Shown here: positions 47,781 through 57,105 of the stretch, one piece after another
Layout of the letters: every line of letters begins with the position of its first letter
How positions within the stretch are numbered: the first letter of the stretch is position 1
Assembly: GCA_964499705.1 (NCBI GenBank)
Contig: CAZCME010000003.1
Span: forward strand, 248,001 to 312,000
DNA from: an uncultured bacterium
Lineage (GTDB): Bacteria; UBA8481
Length of the DNA: 64,000 nucleotides
Direction: 5' to 3'
Notes under the pieces: generated by a model
What the model saw: the letters and a program-made list of their open reading frames with translations, nothing else
Database searches by the model: none
Told to the model about the DNA's origin: nothing
Made by a program: the position numbers and the translations under genes

Positions 47781-48848
47781 ATGTCCTCACTTCCCATCAA
47801 GGTCGGGCTCGTCGGATGCGGCCGAATCTCCGATCGGCACATCGAAGTACTGACGAACCTGGAATCCGCCCGGCTTGTCGGCGTCACGGATGTGAAGAAT
47901 GACCGTGCCGAGGCGAAGGCCCGCAAGCACGGCCTCACGGCATATGCGACCGCCGATGAGCTGATCGAGAAGGCGAAGCCGGACATCGTTTCGATCCTGA
48001 CGCCGTCGGGAGACCACCCGGAACATGTGATCGAGCTTTCGAAGCGCGGCGTGCACATCATCGTCGAGAAACCGATGGCGCTGAAGCTGGATGATGCCGA
48101 CCGGATGATCAAGGCTTGTGACCGAGGCGGAGTGAAGCTCTTCGTCGTGAAGCAGAACCGGTACAACCTGCCGGTGCAGAAACTGCACCAGGCGATCGAG
48201 AAGGGCCGGTTTGGCAAGCTTGTCATGGGCACGGTGCGCGTGAGGTGGTGCCGGGACCAGCGCTATTACGACCAGGACGGATGGCGCGGCACGTGGGCGA
48301 TGGACGGGGGAGTGCTCGCGAACCAGGCGAGCCATCACATCGATCTGTTGTTGTGGATGATGGGCCCGGTGGAAACGGTGATGGCGATGTCGGCGACGCA
48401 GCTCGTGGACATCGAAGTCGACGACACGGCTGTGGCGATTCTCCGTTTCGCGAACGGCGCCCTGGGCGTCATCGAAGCCACAACGGCCACGCGACCGAAG
48501 GACCTGGAAGGAGCCATCTCCATACTGGGAGAAGCCGGAAGCGTCGAGGTCGGCGGCTTCGCGGTGAATGAGATGCGCCATTGGAACTTCACGACTCCCG
48601 AACCGGAGGACGCGGAAATCATGGCGTCGGCCAAGTCCAATCCTCCCAATGTCTACGGATTCGGGCATCGCGAATTCTACAAGGCCGTCATCGAGAACCT
48701 GACGACCGGAAAGCGCGAGAATTCGCTGGTGGACGGCCTGGAAGGCCGCCTGTCGCTGGAGGTCATCAACGCGATCTACGAATCCGTGGAGACCGGCAAG
48801 GCCGTCAACCTCCGGTTCCGCCCCCGCTGGAACCGGCTGGGCAAATAG
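47781..48848 (+). CDS. Gfo/Idh/MocA oxidoreductase, WlbA/WbpB-like
   Basis: GCGRIS, TPSGDH, EKPMAL, KQNRYN, WRGTWAMDGGVLANQASHHID, VYGFGH. Confidence 0.9.
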   Translation: MSSLPIKVGLVGCGRISDRHIEVLTNLESARLVGVTDVKNDRAEAKARKHGLTAYATADELIEKAKPDIVSILTPSGDHPEHVIELSKRGVHIIVEKPMALKLDDADRMIKACDRGGVKLFVVKQNRYNLPVQKLHQAIEKGRFGKLVMGTVRVRWCRDQRYYDQDGWRGTWAMDGGVLANQASHHIDLLLWMMGPVETVMAMSATQLVDIEVDDTAVAILRFANGALGVIEATTATRPKDLEGAISILGEAGSVEVGGFAVNEMRHWNFTTPEPEDAEIMASAKSNPPNVYGFGHREFYKAVIENLTTGKRENSLVDGLEGRLSLEVINAIYESVETGKAVNLRFRPRWNRLGK

Positions 48849-48888
48849 CTCCTGACCATTCTTCAGACCTCCTGAATCGAACATCCCG

Positions 48889-50253
48889 ATGATTCTCTCG
48901 ACGATGGAAGCGCTCGTCCGCCGCGAAAAATGGAAGAAGCTGGCCGGGCCTCCGGAACCCATCACGGACGAGAACCGCGACGCGTACGATCGCGCGCGCG
49001 CCCGTGAATTCCGGCAGCAGATCGGCGTCATCGTCAACATCACGATCATGGCCATCATCATTCACACGACCGGAGCCTGGCTCTTTCCGCGCATCGCGGA
49101 TCCCGTCCCGCTGGTTCTCGTCCTGCTGGCGCTCGTCGGCGAATCCTTCCTGTGGCTCGCGTCGCGCCGCATCGTCTCGCTTCCGCTCATCCAGGCGCTC
49201 TCGATCTGCGCGTTTCTCATCCCGCTGGCGCTCATGATCAAGGCCGCCGCGCTCGACATCTCCTATTACCTAGTCGTCATCTTCGTGATGGGATTTCTCC
49301 TGCCGTGGAACGGCCGCGAGGCGCTCATCGTCTCGCTGGCGCCCGTGGTCTTCTTCTTCTTCAATCACGGCGTCCAGCGGGAGCTGCTGGGGACCGCCGA
49401 CGAATCCTTCGTCTTCTTCATCTCCACGCTCATCGTGGTACGCCTGCAGTTGAAGCAGGAGCGGGACCGGCGGGTGGCGTTCCGGCTGGAGACGGAGGCG
49501 GAGGAAGCCAGGAAGAGCCTCATCGAGAGCCTGCGCCTCGCCGCCAAGCTGCACGGCGAGATCATTTCCCGCGACATGGACCTGGAGAACCTCTCCGTCC
49601 GGGTCCTGTATGAATCGATGCAGGAACTGGGGGGAGACTACGTCAAGATCGCGCCGATCGACGGCCGCCGGACATCCATGCTCGTGGCCGACGTGACTGG
49701 CCACGGCGCTCCTGCGGCGCTCATGGTGAACAGGATCAACACGAAGGTGGAATCGATCATGACGTCGCGGCTGGGACCCGCGCGGGCCGCGGCGGAACTG
49801 AACGCGTTCGCGACGAAGGCATTCGAGGGCACCGCGATGCTGATGTCCGCGCTCTGGACCGAATACGACGCGGCCGCCCGGAAGATCCGCTGGTCGAACT
49901 ACGGCCATCCGCCTCCGGTTTTTCTCGAGCGCCGGACGCGCACGGTACGCCTCCTGTCGTCGAACTCCTACGTGATGGGAATCGACATTCCGCAGCTCGC
50001 TCCGGAAAGCGCCATCGACGTTTCCGCGGGCGACCTGATCCTTTTCTACACGGACGGCCTCATCGAATGGAATTCCGAAACCGGCCCGTTCGATCTCTGG
50101 TCGCTCGTGGGACACCTCGAAGGCCTCTTCACGAAAACGACCGACACGCTGACGGCCGATCGCCTCATCAACGCGATGAGCCAGCTCGTCCGATCGAAGC
50201 GGATCGGGGAAGCAAAGGACGATCTGCTGGTCATCGTCTGGGAGGTGCGATGA
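48889..50253 (+). CDS. Membrane-bound PP2C/SpoIIE-family Ser/Thr phosphatase
   Basis: Multi-TM N-terminus; GGDY, ADVTGHG, GHPPP, YTDGL, DDL metal-binding motifs. Confidence 0.88.
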   Translation: MILSTMEALVRREKWKKLAGPPEPITDENRDAYDRARAREFRQQIGVIVNITIMAIIIHTTGAWLFPRIADPVPLVLVLLALVGESFLWLASRRIVSLPLIQALSICAFLIPLALMIKAAALDISYYLVVIFVMGFLLPWNGREALIVSLAPVVFFFFNHGVQRELLGTADESFVFFISTLIVVRLQLKQERDRRVAFRLETEAEEARKSLIESLRLAAKLHGEIISRDMDLENLSVRVLYESMQELGGDYVKIAPIDGRRTSMLVADVTGHGAPAALMVNRINTKVESIMTSRLGPARAAAELNAFATKAFEGTAMLMSALWTEYDAAARKIRWSNYGHPPPVFLERRTRTVRLLSSNSYVMGIDIPQLAPESAIDVSAGDLILFYTDGLIEWNSETGPFDLWSLVGHLEGLFTKTTDTLTADRLINAMSQLVRSKRIGEAKDDLLVIVWEVR

Positions 50254-51506
50254 AGATCGCGCTTCTTTCCACGCATGATCTGCGGGGAGGCGCGGCGCTG
50301 GCCGCCCATAGGTTGAAGCAGGGGTTTACGGAACGCGGAGCAGCGGCCCGCATGATCGTACTCGATCGCACGGGATCGGATCCCGGAGTCGAAGCCTTCG
50401 AGGGAAGCCGATCGGCGACCGCGAGGGCGGGGCGATTCGCCATGAAAACCCTGATCGCGGGTCAGCTCGGGCGTTTTCCGCGGCGAAGGCCGTTTTATCC
50501 GGAACGCGGGCTGATGGGGAGAGACCTGGCGGAGCGTGTGTCCGAATTCGACATCGTCCATATTCATGCCGTCACGCAATTCATCGATCTCGGTGAGTTC
50601 CTGCCCGCCGCGGTCAGGAGAACGCGCATTGCGTGGACGCTTCACGATATGAACGTGATCACCGGGGGATGCCACTACGATGAGGACTGCGGCCGCTGGC
50701 GGTCAGGATGCGGGGCGTGCCCCGTTCTGGATTCCCATGAGGCAGCCGATCTCTCGTCACGAACCTGGGCGCGAAAGTCGCGGTTGTTCAACAGGCTTTC
50801 GAAAGAGGACATCTGTTTCATCACGCCCAGCCGCTGGCTCAGCTCCTTGCTCCAGGATCATCCCTTTCTCGGGCGCTTCCGGAGAGAGGTCATATCCAAC
50901 GGTATCGACACGACCGTGTTTCAGCCGCGCCCGAAGGATGTCATCCGCGCCGCGCTCGAAATCCCTCGCGATGCCAGGGTGATTCTCTTCATATCGGAGT
51001 GGACGGGCGATGCCCGAAAGGGAGGAGCCGAATTGCCGGCATTGATGAAAACGCTCCAGGAGGACGATCCGCGAACTTTGCTGCTGACGGCCGGAAAGGG
51101 CGCCTCGCCCGCGGATTGCCGGTCCCGGTCCCTGGGGTATGTGTCCCCGGAACTGCTGCCGCTCGCTTACGGAGCCGCGGATCTTCTTCTTCTTCCCTCG
51201 CGCGGCGACAACTTTCCGAACGCGGTTCTGGAGGCGTACGCCTGCGGCATTCCGGTTGTCGCGTATGCGGCGGGAGGTATACCTGAGATGGTTCGTTCCG
51301 GCGAGACCGGCCGACTTGTTCCGGTGAACGATGCGCCCGCGCTCCTAGACGCGGCGCGCGCGCTCCTGCAGGATGAAGCCGGCAGGATCGCCATGGGGAG
51401 GAAAGCGAGGGAGCTCGCGGTCGCGCAGTATGATTACAGGAAGCAGGCGGCAGCGCATCTCGACCTGTTCGGGAACCTTCTGGGTGACCCCGTTTCACGA
51501 CCATGA
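50250..51506 (+). CDS. GT4 glycosyltransferase (WcaC-like)
   Basis: GGAALAAHRL, WTLHDM...TGGCHY...C...CGACP, TPSRWL, DNFPNAVLEA; ATGA start at 50250. Confidence 0.9.
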   Translation: MKIALLSTHDLRGGAALAAHRLKQGFTERGAAARMIVLDRTGSDPGVEAFEGSRSATARAGRFAMKTLIAGQLGRFPRRRPFYPERGLMGRDLAERVSEFDIVHIHAVTQFIDLGEFLPAAVRRTRIAWTLHDMNVITGGCHYDEDCGRWRSGCGACPVLDSHEAADLSSRTWARKSRLFNRLSKEDICFITPSRWLSSLLQDHPFLGRFRREVISNGIDTTVFQPRPKDVIRAALEIPRDARVILFISEWTGDARKGGAELPALMKTLQEDDPRTLLLTAGKGASPADCRSRSLGYVSPELLPLAYGAADLLLLPSRGDNFPNAVLEAYACGIPVVAYAAGGIPEMVRSGETGRLVPVNDAPALLDAARALLQDEAGRIAMGRKARELAVAQYDYRKQAAAHLDLFGNLLGDPVSRP

Positions 51507-52636
51507 TGCGAATACTGGCTGACGCGCGGAGCCGGTTGTCGAACGGCATCCGGAACCTCCTTCCGGAAAAAAAGGCGGATCTCTATTTCGTCGCTCCCGG
51601 ATCAGGGTGGGCTGTGGACTGGGTCGCGCACTACCTGATGAAAGAACTCGCGGAGAAATCAATTCGCGCCCGGATCACGACCCGTCCTGCCGCGATCGCG
51701 AACAGCCTCATTCATTTCCTCGATCGGTATCAATATCTCGACGGTCGTTGGCGCACCATACCCGAATCGAACACGATTTTCATGACCTGGTATCATGCCG
51801 ATGCGGACGATCCGCATCCGTCCGTTCGGAAGCTCTATGACGAATTGCGCTCCGCGGCGCCGCGTATCGATCGCATCGTCACGAGTTGCGAGACGTCGCG
51901 GCAGGATCTGCTTCGATTCGGGATTCCGAAAACGAAAATCATCCTGATCCCGATCGGGATCGATCTCTCCGTCTTCAGGCCTCCCCGGTCTCCTCAGGAA
52001 AAAGTCGATGCGCGCCGAGCGCTGGGAATTCCGGATGATGCCGTCTGCATCGGATCGTTCCAGAAAGACGGTGTCGGATGGGATGAGGGGCTCGAACCGA
52101 AGTTGATCAAGGGGCCGGACATATTTCTGGAAGCGATCAAGCGATTGAAGCCCGATCACGAGAAGTTGTTCGTGCTTTTGTCCGGCCCGGCGCGCGGATT
52201 CGTGGTGAAGGGTCTGGAGAGGATGGGCATACCATATCTTCACCGCAACCTCTCCGAATATCATGACATCGTGAAATTCTACCACGCGCTCGATCTGTAT
52301 CTCATCGCCTCGCGCGTTGAGGGAGGCCCGAAGTCGCTGATGGAGAGCTGGGCGTGCGGCGTGCCGCTGGTATCCACGCGCATGGGGATGCCCGCCGATC
52401 TGATCCATCATGGAGAGAACGCGCTCATGGCGGATGTGGATGATGTGGAAGGACTGGTCCGTCACATCAAACAGTTCCTGGAATCGCCGGCGCTGCGCGA
52501 GCGATGCACCCGGCAAGGGAGGGCGGATGTCCTGCCTCTGGACTGGCCGCGACTTGCGGAGCGACATTACCAAGAGGTCTACCTGCCACACCTGCCCGCT
52601 CGGCTTCCTGCAGGCATGAGAAGGAAGGCCGTGTGA
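51503..52636 (+). CDS. GT4 glycosyltransferase
   Basis: IGSFQKDG...KGPD, SRVEGGPKSLMESWACGVP (ExxxxxxxE). Confidence 0.9.
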   Translation: MMRILADARSRLSNGIRNLLPEKKADLYFVAPGSGWAVDWVAHYLMKELAEKSIRARITTRPAAIANSLIHFLDRYQYLDGRWRTIPESNTIFMTWYHADADDPHPSVRKLYDELRSAAPRIDRIVTSCETSRQDLLRFGIPKTKIILIPIGIDLSVFRPPRSPQEKVDARRALGIPDDAVCIGSFQKDGVGWDEGLEPKLIKGPDIFLEAIKRLKPDHEKLFVLLSGPARGFVVKGLERMGIPYLHRNLSEYHDIVKFYHALDLYLIASRVEGGPKSLMESWACGVPLVSTRMGMPADLIHHGENALMADVDDVEGLVRHIKQFLESPALRERCTRQGRADVLPLDWPRLAERHYQEVYLPHLPARLPAGMRRKAV

Positions 52637-52649
52637 AGGGAAAAATGCG

Positions 52650-53450
52650 GTGAGGGGACTGATGAAACGAGTCTTGCTGGGGATCGCGTCGCGGATCCCG
52701 CTCGGCGCGCTCGAGCGCTTATTGCATGGCGTCGTGCGAGATCGGGTTCTCAGGCTGCCCGCGTCCGAAGCGCTGAGGTTTCTCTTTCGGCTGGATGCCG
52801 TTCTGTATGAAGTGCAAGGAACGACGTCCGTCGCCTACGGCGACGGAATTCACAGCAAACATCGGCATATGAACTACCATTCCTTTTTCGTGAAACGGAT
52901 TCGACCTGACGATAAGGTGCTTGATCTCGGTTGCGGAATCGGAGCGGTTGCGTTCTCGGTCGCCTCCGAAACCGGCGCCGCGGTGACAGGCGTCGACTGG
53001 GACGCCGGGAGCATTGAAACTGCCAGGGCCCGGCATCAACATCCTCGCCTGGCGTATTCAGTTTCGGACGTCTCGAAAGACATTCCGGACGGTCGATACG
53101 ACGTCGTGATCCTCTCCAACGTGCTGGAGCATCTGAGGGAGCGCCCGGTATTTCTGCGGCGCATTGCCGGCGCGACGCGCGCTTCGAGGTTTCTGATCCG
53201 CGTGCCGCTCTTCGAGCGAGATTGGCGCGTGCCGTTAAAGAAGGAACTGGGCGTGGAATGGCGACTGGATCCGACGCACGAGACGGAATTCACCCAGGAA
53301 ACCTTCGCCTCGGAAATGGCGGAAGCGGGTATGCGGATCGCGGATCAGGAATTCCGGTGGGGCGAGATCTGGGCGGAGGTTGTTCCCGAGGCCGCGGCTT
53401 CCGAAAGGACGGAGAGTTCCAGGTCGACAACCCGGTCGAGCGAAAAGTGA
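52650..53450 (+). CDS. Class I SAM-dependent methyltransferase
   Basis: VLDLGCGIG, DVVILSNVLEH; start 52650 or 52662. Confidence 0.9.
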   Translation: MRGLMKRVLLGIASRIPLGALERLLHGVVRDRVLRLPASEALRFLFRLDAVLYEVQGTTSVAYGDGIHSKHRHMNYHSFFVKRIRPDDKVLDLGCGIGAVAFSVASETGAAVTGVDWDAGSIETARARHQHPRLAYSVSDVSKDIPDGRYDVVILSNVLEHLRERPVFLRRIAGATRASRFLIRVPLFERDWRVPLKKELGVEWRLDPTHETEFTQETFASEMAEAGMRIADQEFRWGEIWAEVVPEAAASERTESSRSTTRSSEK

Positions 53451-54493
53451 TCGAGGGCATGCCGGCGGGCGTTTTCGCCCAGCTGTTTCCGCAGGTCGGG
53501 ACGACTCATCAGCGTCTGTATGGCTTCACGGATGCCGGCGGGATCGGTTCCGCAGAGCCAGCCCGTCTCGCCGTGGCGGATGAGATCTCGAATTCCGGGT
53601 GAATCGCCGCCGATCACCGGCAGGCCGCAGGCCATCGCCTCGATGAGAGTCTTGGGATGGCCTTCATAGAGCGAAGGCTGGACATAGAGCGCGGCTTTAT
53701 CCATATGCTTCGGCAATTCCGCGTTCGGCACGATGCCGCGCCATCGGATCCGCGACGCCATGTCCGCGCTCCTTTCTTCCAGAGCCGTCCGGAGTGATCC
53801 CTCGCCCACGATCGTCAAGTTCACGTCGAGCGGGCGAATGGCGTCCAGGAGCGCGCGGAGATTCTTTTCGGGAGAGAGTCGTCCCACGAAGAGAATTCCG
53901 CCGGAAGTCTCATCGCGATCCACGGGCTGAAAGAGCGATGTGTCGACGTAATTCGGAATGACGACTGTCTTTTCCTCGGCTGTCGGAACGCGCGTGACGA
54001 CATCGTCCCTGAGAGCGGCCGTGGTCACGACGATCTTGCGCGCCGTCTCGAACGCGCGGTCCTCCTGCCGGCGCATGAGTCGGGCGGTCGGCGATGAGGC
54101 CCCCAGCTCCTTTTCGAGGATGAAGGAGCGCATGTATCCGCACCGGGCGATCAGCGGTTTTCGCCAGTAAACCGCCGCCCGTATCGCCACGTCCGCTCCG
54201 TCCAGTTGATTCGTCTTGAAGACGGTCGCCCCGTTCAATGCGGCGCCATGAAGGAGCGGGAGGAAAAAGGCATACACGGCTTGGGGAAGGCGCCTGTCAT
54301 TGCACAGAATCGAAATTCCCGGGATGCGCTCGGCGAATTTTCTCTCCGATCCGTCGCCGTAGGTCACGAGGCTGACGCGGACCCCGCGACCCATGAGTCG
54401 GCGGTACAGGGCCAGCTCGCGTTCGAGGATCCCCGCATCCTTCCACGATTGGAGCGAGACTCCGCGGGTGAAGAAGAGAACGAGATGAATCAT
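53345..54493 (-). CDS. GT4 glycosyltransferase
   Basis: PNYVDT, FVGRLSPEKN, EGHPKTLIEAMACGLP; start placed at ATG 54493. Confidence 0.9.
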   Translation of the reverse strand: MIHLVLFFTRGVSLQSWKDAGILERELALYRRLMGRGVRVSLVTYGDGSERKFAERIPGISILCNDRRLPQAVYAFFLPLLHGAALNGATVFKTNQLDGADVAIRAAVYWRKPLIARCGYMRSFILEKELGASSPTARLMRRQEDRAFETARKIVVTTAALRDDVVTRVPTAEEKTVVIPNYVDTSLFQPVDRDETSGGILFVGRLSPEKNLRALLDAIRPLDVNLTIVGEGSLRTALEERSADMASRIRWRGIVPNAELPKHMDKAALYVQPSLYEGHPKTLIEAMACGLPVIGGDSPGIRDLIRHGETGWLCGTDPAGIREAIQTLMSRPDLRKQLGENARRHALDHFSLDRVVDLELSVLSEAAASGTTSAQISPHRNS

Positions 54494-54624
54494 GGAGTCA
54501 TGATCGAGCAAGAGGCTCGAATATAGCGCGGCGGGCGGGCTCGAATCCATCTCTTTTGCGACGGTTCGTATCGGGATATTATCCTTTCGGATTCGGGTAG
54601 AGAAACGCCGTCCCGGGAGGAAGT

Positions 54625-56058
54625 TTGTCAGAGAACGATAACGGCCCGGACCGGACGCGAAATCCGTCCGCGCGAAGTGGAGTCGGGATCCTGGAATCCG
54701 ACAGGTTCTTCGTGACTGTCCTTCTGCTCTGCGTTTTCGGTCCGCTGGTCATCAATCCCATGGCCGGGAATTTCACCCTTGATATTGCATGGCCCTCCAT
54801 TTTTTCCGGCGATGAACCCCACTATCTCGTCACGCTGAACAGTCTTGTATTCGATGGCGACCTCGATGTTTCGAATAACTACCGCTCGGCTCATAAAGGG
54901 TCCAACCAGGCCGGGATTCACTACCGCGCGCTGCCGCTTCCGCCGCATTCCATTTACTACTTCAACGGCCGGATTTATGGGTGGATCCACTTCTTCGAGA
55001 CCGACCCGGAGCGATGGATCCGCGACGAGTCGGGAGGTCTCACGGCGCCTTTGCGCGCTGCACTTCCGGATACCACTCTTCCGCCAGGCGCGGTCACCGA
55101 GCGGACTCCCCAGTACACACAGCATTCTCCGGGTCTGCCGATTCTTCTGGGAACATTTCTCAAGCCGTTCCGGAGCGAGCGATACACGGAGCCCGCCGCG
55201 ATTCTCTTTTCGGCGCTCGCCATATTCCTGACCGGCCTCTTCCTGAAGGATCTCTGCTGCCTCTTCTCGACGAAAAAGTGGGCGGTTCATTCCAGTGTTC
55301 TCCTGATCATGCTGGGTTCTCCGTTGTGGCACTACAGCAGGACGCTGTACACGGAGGCGTATCTTGCGCTCTTCGCCACTGCTTTTTTCGCCCTGACCTT
55401 GAAGAAGGAGGAGATCTCACCCTTGAGGAAGTGGTTGATCCCGGGATTAATAATCGGAGTGGGGATCGCGATGAAACCGAATTTCGTTTTATTCGCGGCT
55501 CCGATGATCTTATGGTGTCTCGCTAGAAAACAGTTCAAAGGCGCGGTCTATCTCTCCCTGGGGCCGGGGCTGGGTCTTGTCTCGATGTTCCTTCTCAACG
55601 CGTCTCATTTCGGGAGCCCGCTCCATTGGGCGCAGAAGTTCATCTGCGGCAATCCTGTGACGGGCGCATGGGGGCTCTTCACGGCCGGCAATCGAGGGCT
55701 GCTCTGGCTTTCGCCTCTCGTCCTGATCCCTCTCGCCTTGTGGCCGCGTTTTGTCAGAGGCGACACCTCCCGCACCGTGCCGCTCCTGCTGGGATGGTGC
55801 GTCTATTTTTTCTCGATGTCCCTGTGGCATGAGTGGCGCGGCGGTTACTGTTACGGTCCACGATTGATCGTTCCCACGCTTCCGCTCCTCTATCTGCCGC
55901 TGCTGCACTGGATCGAAGGATGGGACCGGCAGAAGCTCCCGGCAAGGCTCGGATTTATTCTGTTCGCCGGAATCTCGGTTCTTCTCAATGGCTTTGCGAC
56001 GGTCTTCTATCGGAGCGTCTGGTCGATCAATCCCTGGTTTTACCTGATCCAGCGATGA
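54625..56058 (+). CDS. GT-C fold (PMT/ArnT-like) membrane glycosyltransferase
   Basis: GDEPHY after TM1, YSRTLYTE, MKP, GPRL; many TMs; GGGAGG RBS before TTG. Confidence 0.75.
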   Translation: MSENDNGPDRTRNPSARSGVGILESDRFFVTVLLLCVFGPLVINPMAGNFTLDIAWPSIFSGDEPHYLVTLNSLVFDGDLDVSNNYRSAHKGSNQAGIHYRALPLPPHSIYYFNGRIYGWIHFFETDPERWIRDESGGLTAPLRAALPDTTLPPGAVTERTPQYTQHSPGLPILLGTFLKPFRSERYTEPAAILFSALAIFLTGLFLKDLCCLFSTKKWAVHSSVLLIMLGSPLWHYSRTLYTEAYLALFATAFFALTLKKEEISPLRKWLIPGLIIGVGIAMKPNFVLFAAPMILWCLARKQFKGAVYLSLGPGLGLVSMFLLNASHFGSPLHWAQKFICGNPVTGAWGLFTAGNRGLLWLSPLVLIPLALWPRFVRGDTSRTVPLLLGWCVYFFSMSLWHEWRGGYCYGPRLIVPTLPLLYLPLLHWIEGWDRQKLPARLGFILFAGISVLLNGFATVFYRSVWSINPWFYLIQR

Positions 56059-56116
56059 GGTGATATCCGGCAATCAAACTTTCGCGGTGGTCCGCCAAAT
56101 CCGCTATCATGTCCGC

Positions 56117-57070
56117 ATGTCGAGCACCCTGCGCGATTCCAACTTGTTCGATCGGATGGCGGTGGACGTCGAAGCGTTGTACCTCCGGTATCCCGTTCCG
56201 GATCCCGGGACGTTTCCAGGCATCGCTCCCGGAAAATCCACCCTCTCTTTCTGGTACCGCCTCCGCCTGGTCCCGCCCGGACTTCGCGAGCGCGTCTGGA
56301 GATTGCTGGTGCGGACGCGGATCGACGAGACTTGGTTCGAGGATTTCCAGGTGTACTGGACGGCGATCCTGGGAGGCCGTCCCTTGTGGGGCGTCGAGGA
56401 TTTTCACTTTCTTCGCAACACATACCGCGTACGATTCCAGGAGAGCGGGCTCCCGGAGAATCCGACGCCGGAGCAGCACGTGGCGGCCTGGCAATCACCG
56501 GAGCTCCTGTATTTTCTCTTCCAGCAGGTGTATCGGAGATCGAGGGAGACGAAGTTGTCGCTTGTGCGGGACGCGCTTGCCCGGCTGGGCAGGGAACCAC
56601 GGACGATCCTGGAGTTCGGTTCCGGCGTGGCGCCCATCACGAGGACGTGTCTTGAGTTCGATATTCTCCCGTCCCGCCCGGAATTTTTCATCGCCGATAT
56701 CGCGACGCTCGCCTTCCACTACGCCGCCTTCAGTTTCCGCCATGTCTCCAACGTCCGTCCTGTTCTCCTGGATCCCGCGGCCGATTTCGGATGGAGACAG
56801 CCGGCGCAAGCCGACGTGATCTTCTGCCTCGAAGTCTTTGAACACCTGGACCGGCCTTTGGAGACAGTGGAGCAGTTTCACCGCGTACTCGCCGAGGGCG
56901 GCATTCTCGTCTTCGACTATGTCAGGAGCGAGGCGGAGGGATTCGATACCAGGCAGGGCCTTGACCAGCGCTCCCGCGTCCTCGAGTTCATTGCCCGGCA
57001 ATTCCATCTTCTGCAGGGAAAAATACATCTCGACCGCGACACGGTGACCTGCATTGCCCGGAAGCGATAG
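56117..57070 (+). CDS. Class I SAM-dependent methyltransferase
   Basis: ILEFGSGVA, DVIFCLEVFEH, LAEGG. Confidence 0.85.
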   Translation: MSSTLRDSNLFDRMAVDVEALYLRYPVPDPGTFPGIAPGKSTLSFWYRLRLVPPGLRERVWRLLVRTRIDETWFEDFQVYWTAILGGRPLWGVEDFHFLRNTYRVRFQESGLPENPTPEQHVAAWQSPELLYFLFQQVYRRSRETKLSLVRDALARLGREPRTILEFGSGVAPITRTCLEFDILPSRPEFFIADIATLAFHYAAFSFRHVSNVRPVLLDPAADFGWRQPAQADVIFCLEVFEHLDRPLETVEQFHRVLAEGGILVFDYVRSEAEGFDTRQGLDQRSRVLEFIARQFHLLQGKIHLDRDTVTCIARKR

Positions 57071-57105
57071 GCGCATGGCGATCGGGCGCGGGTGAAGAGG
57101 CGGCC

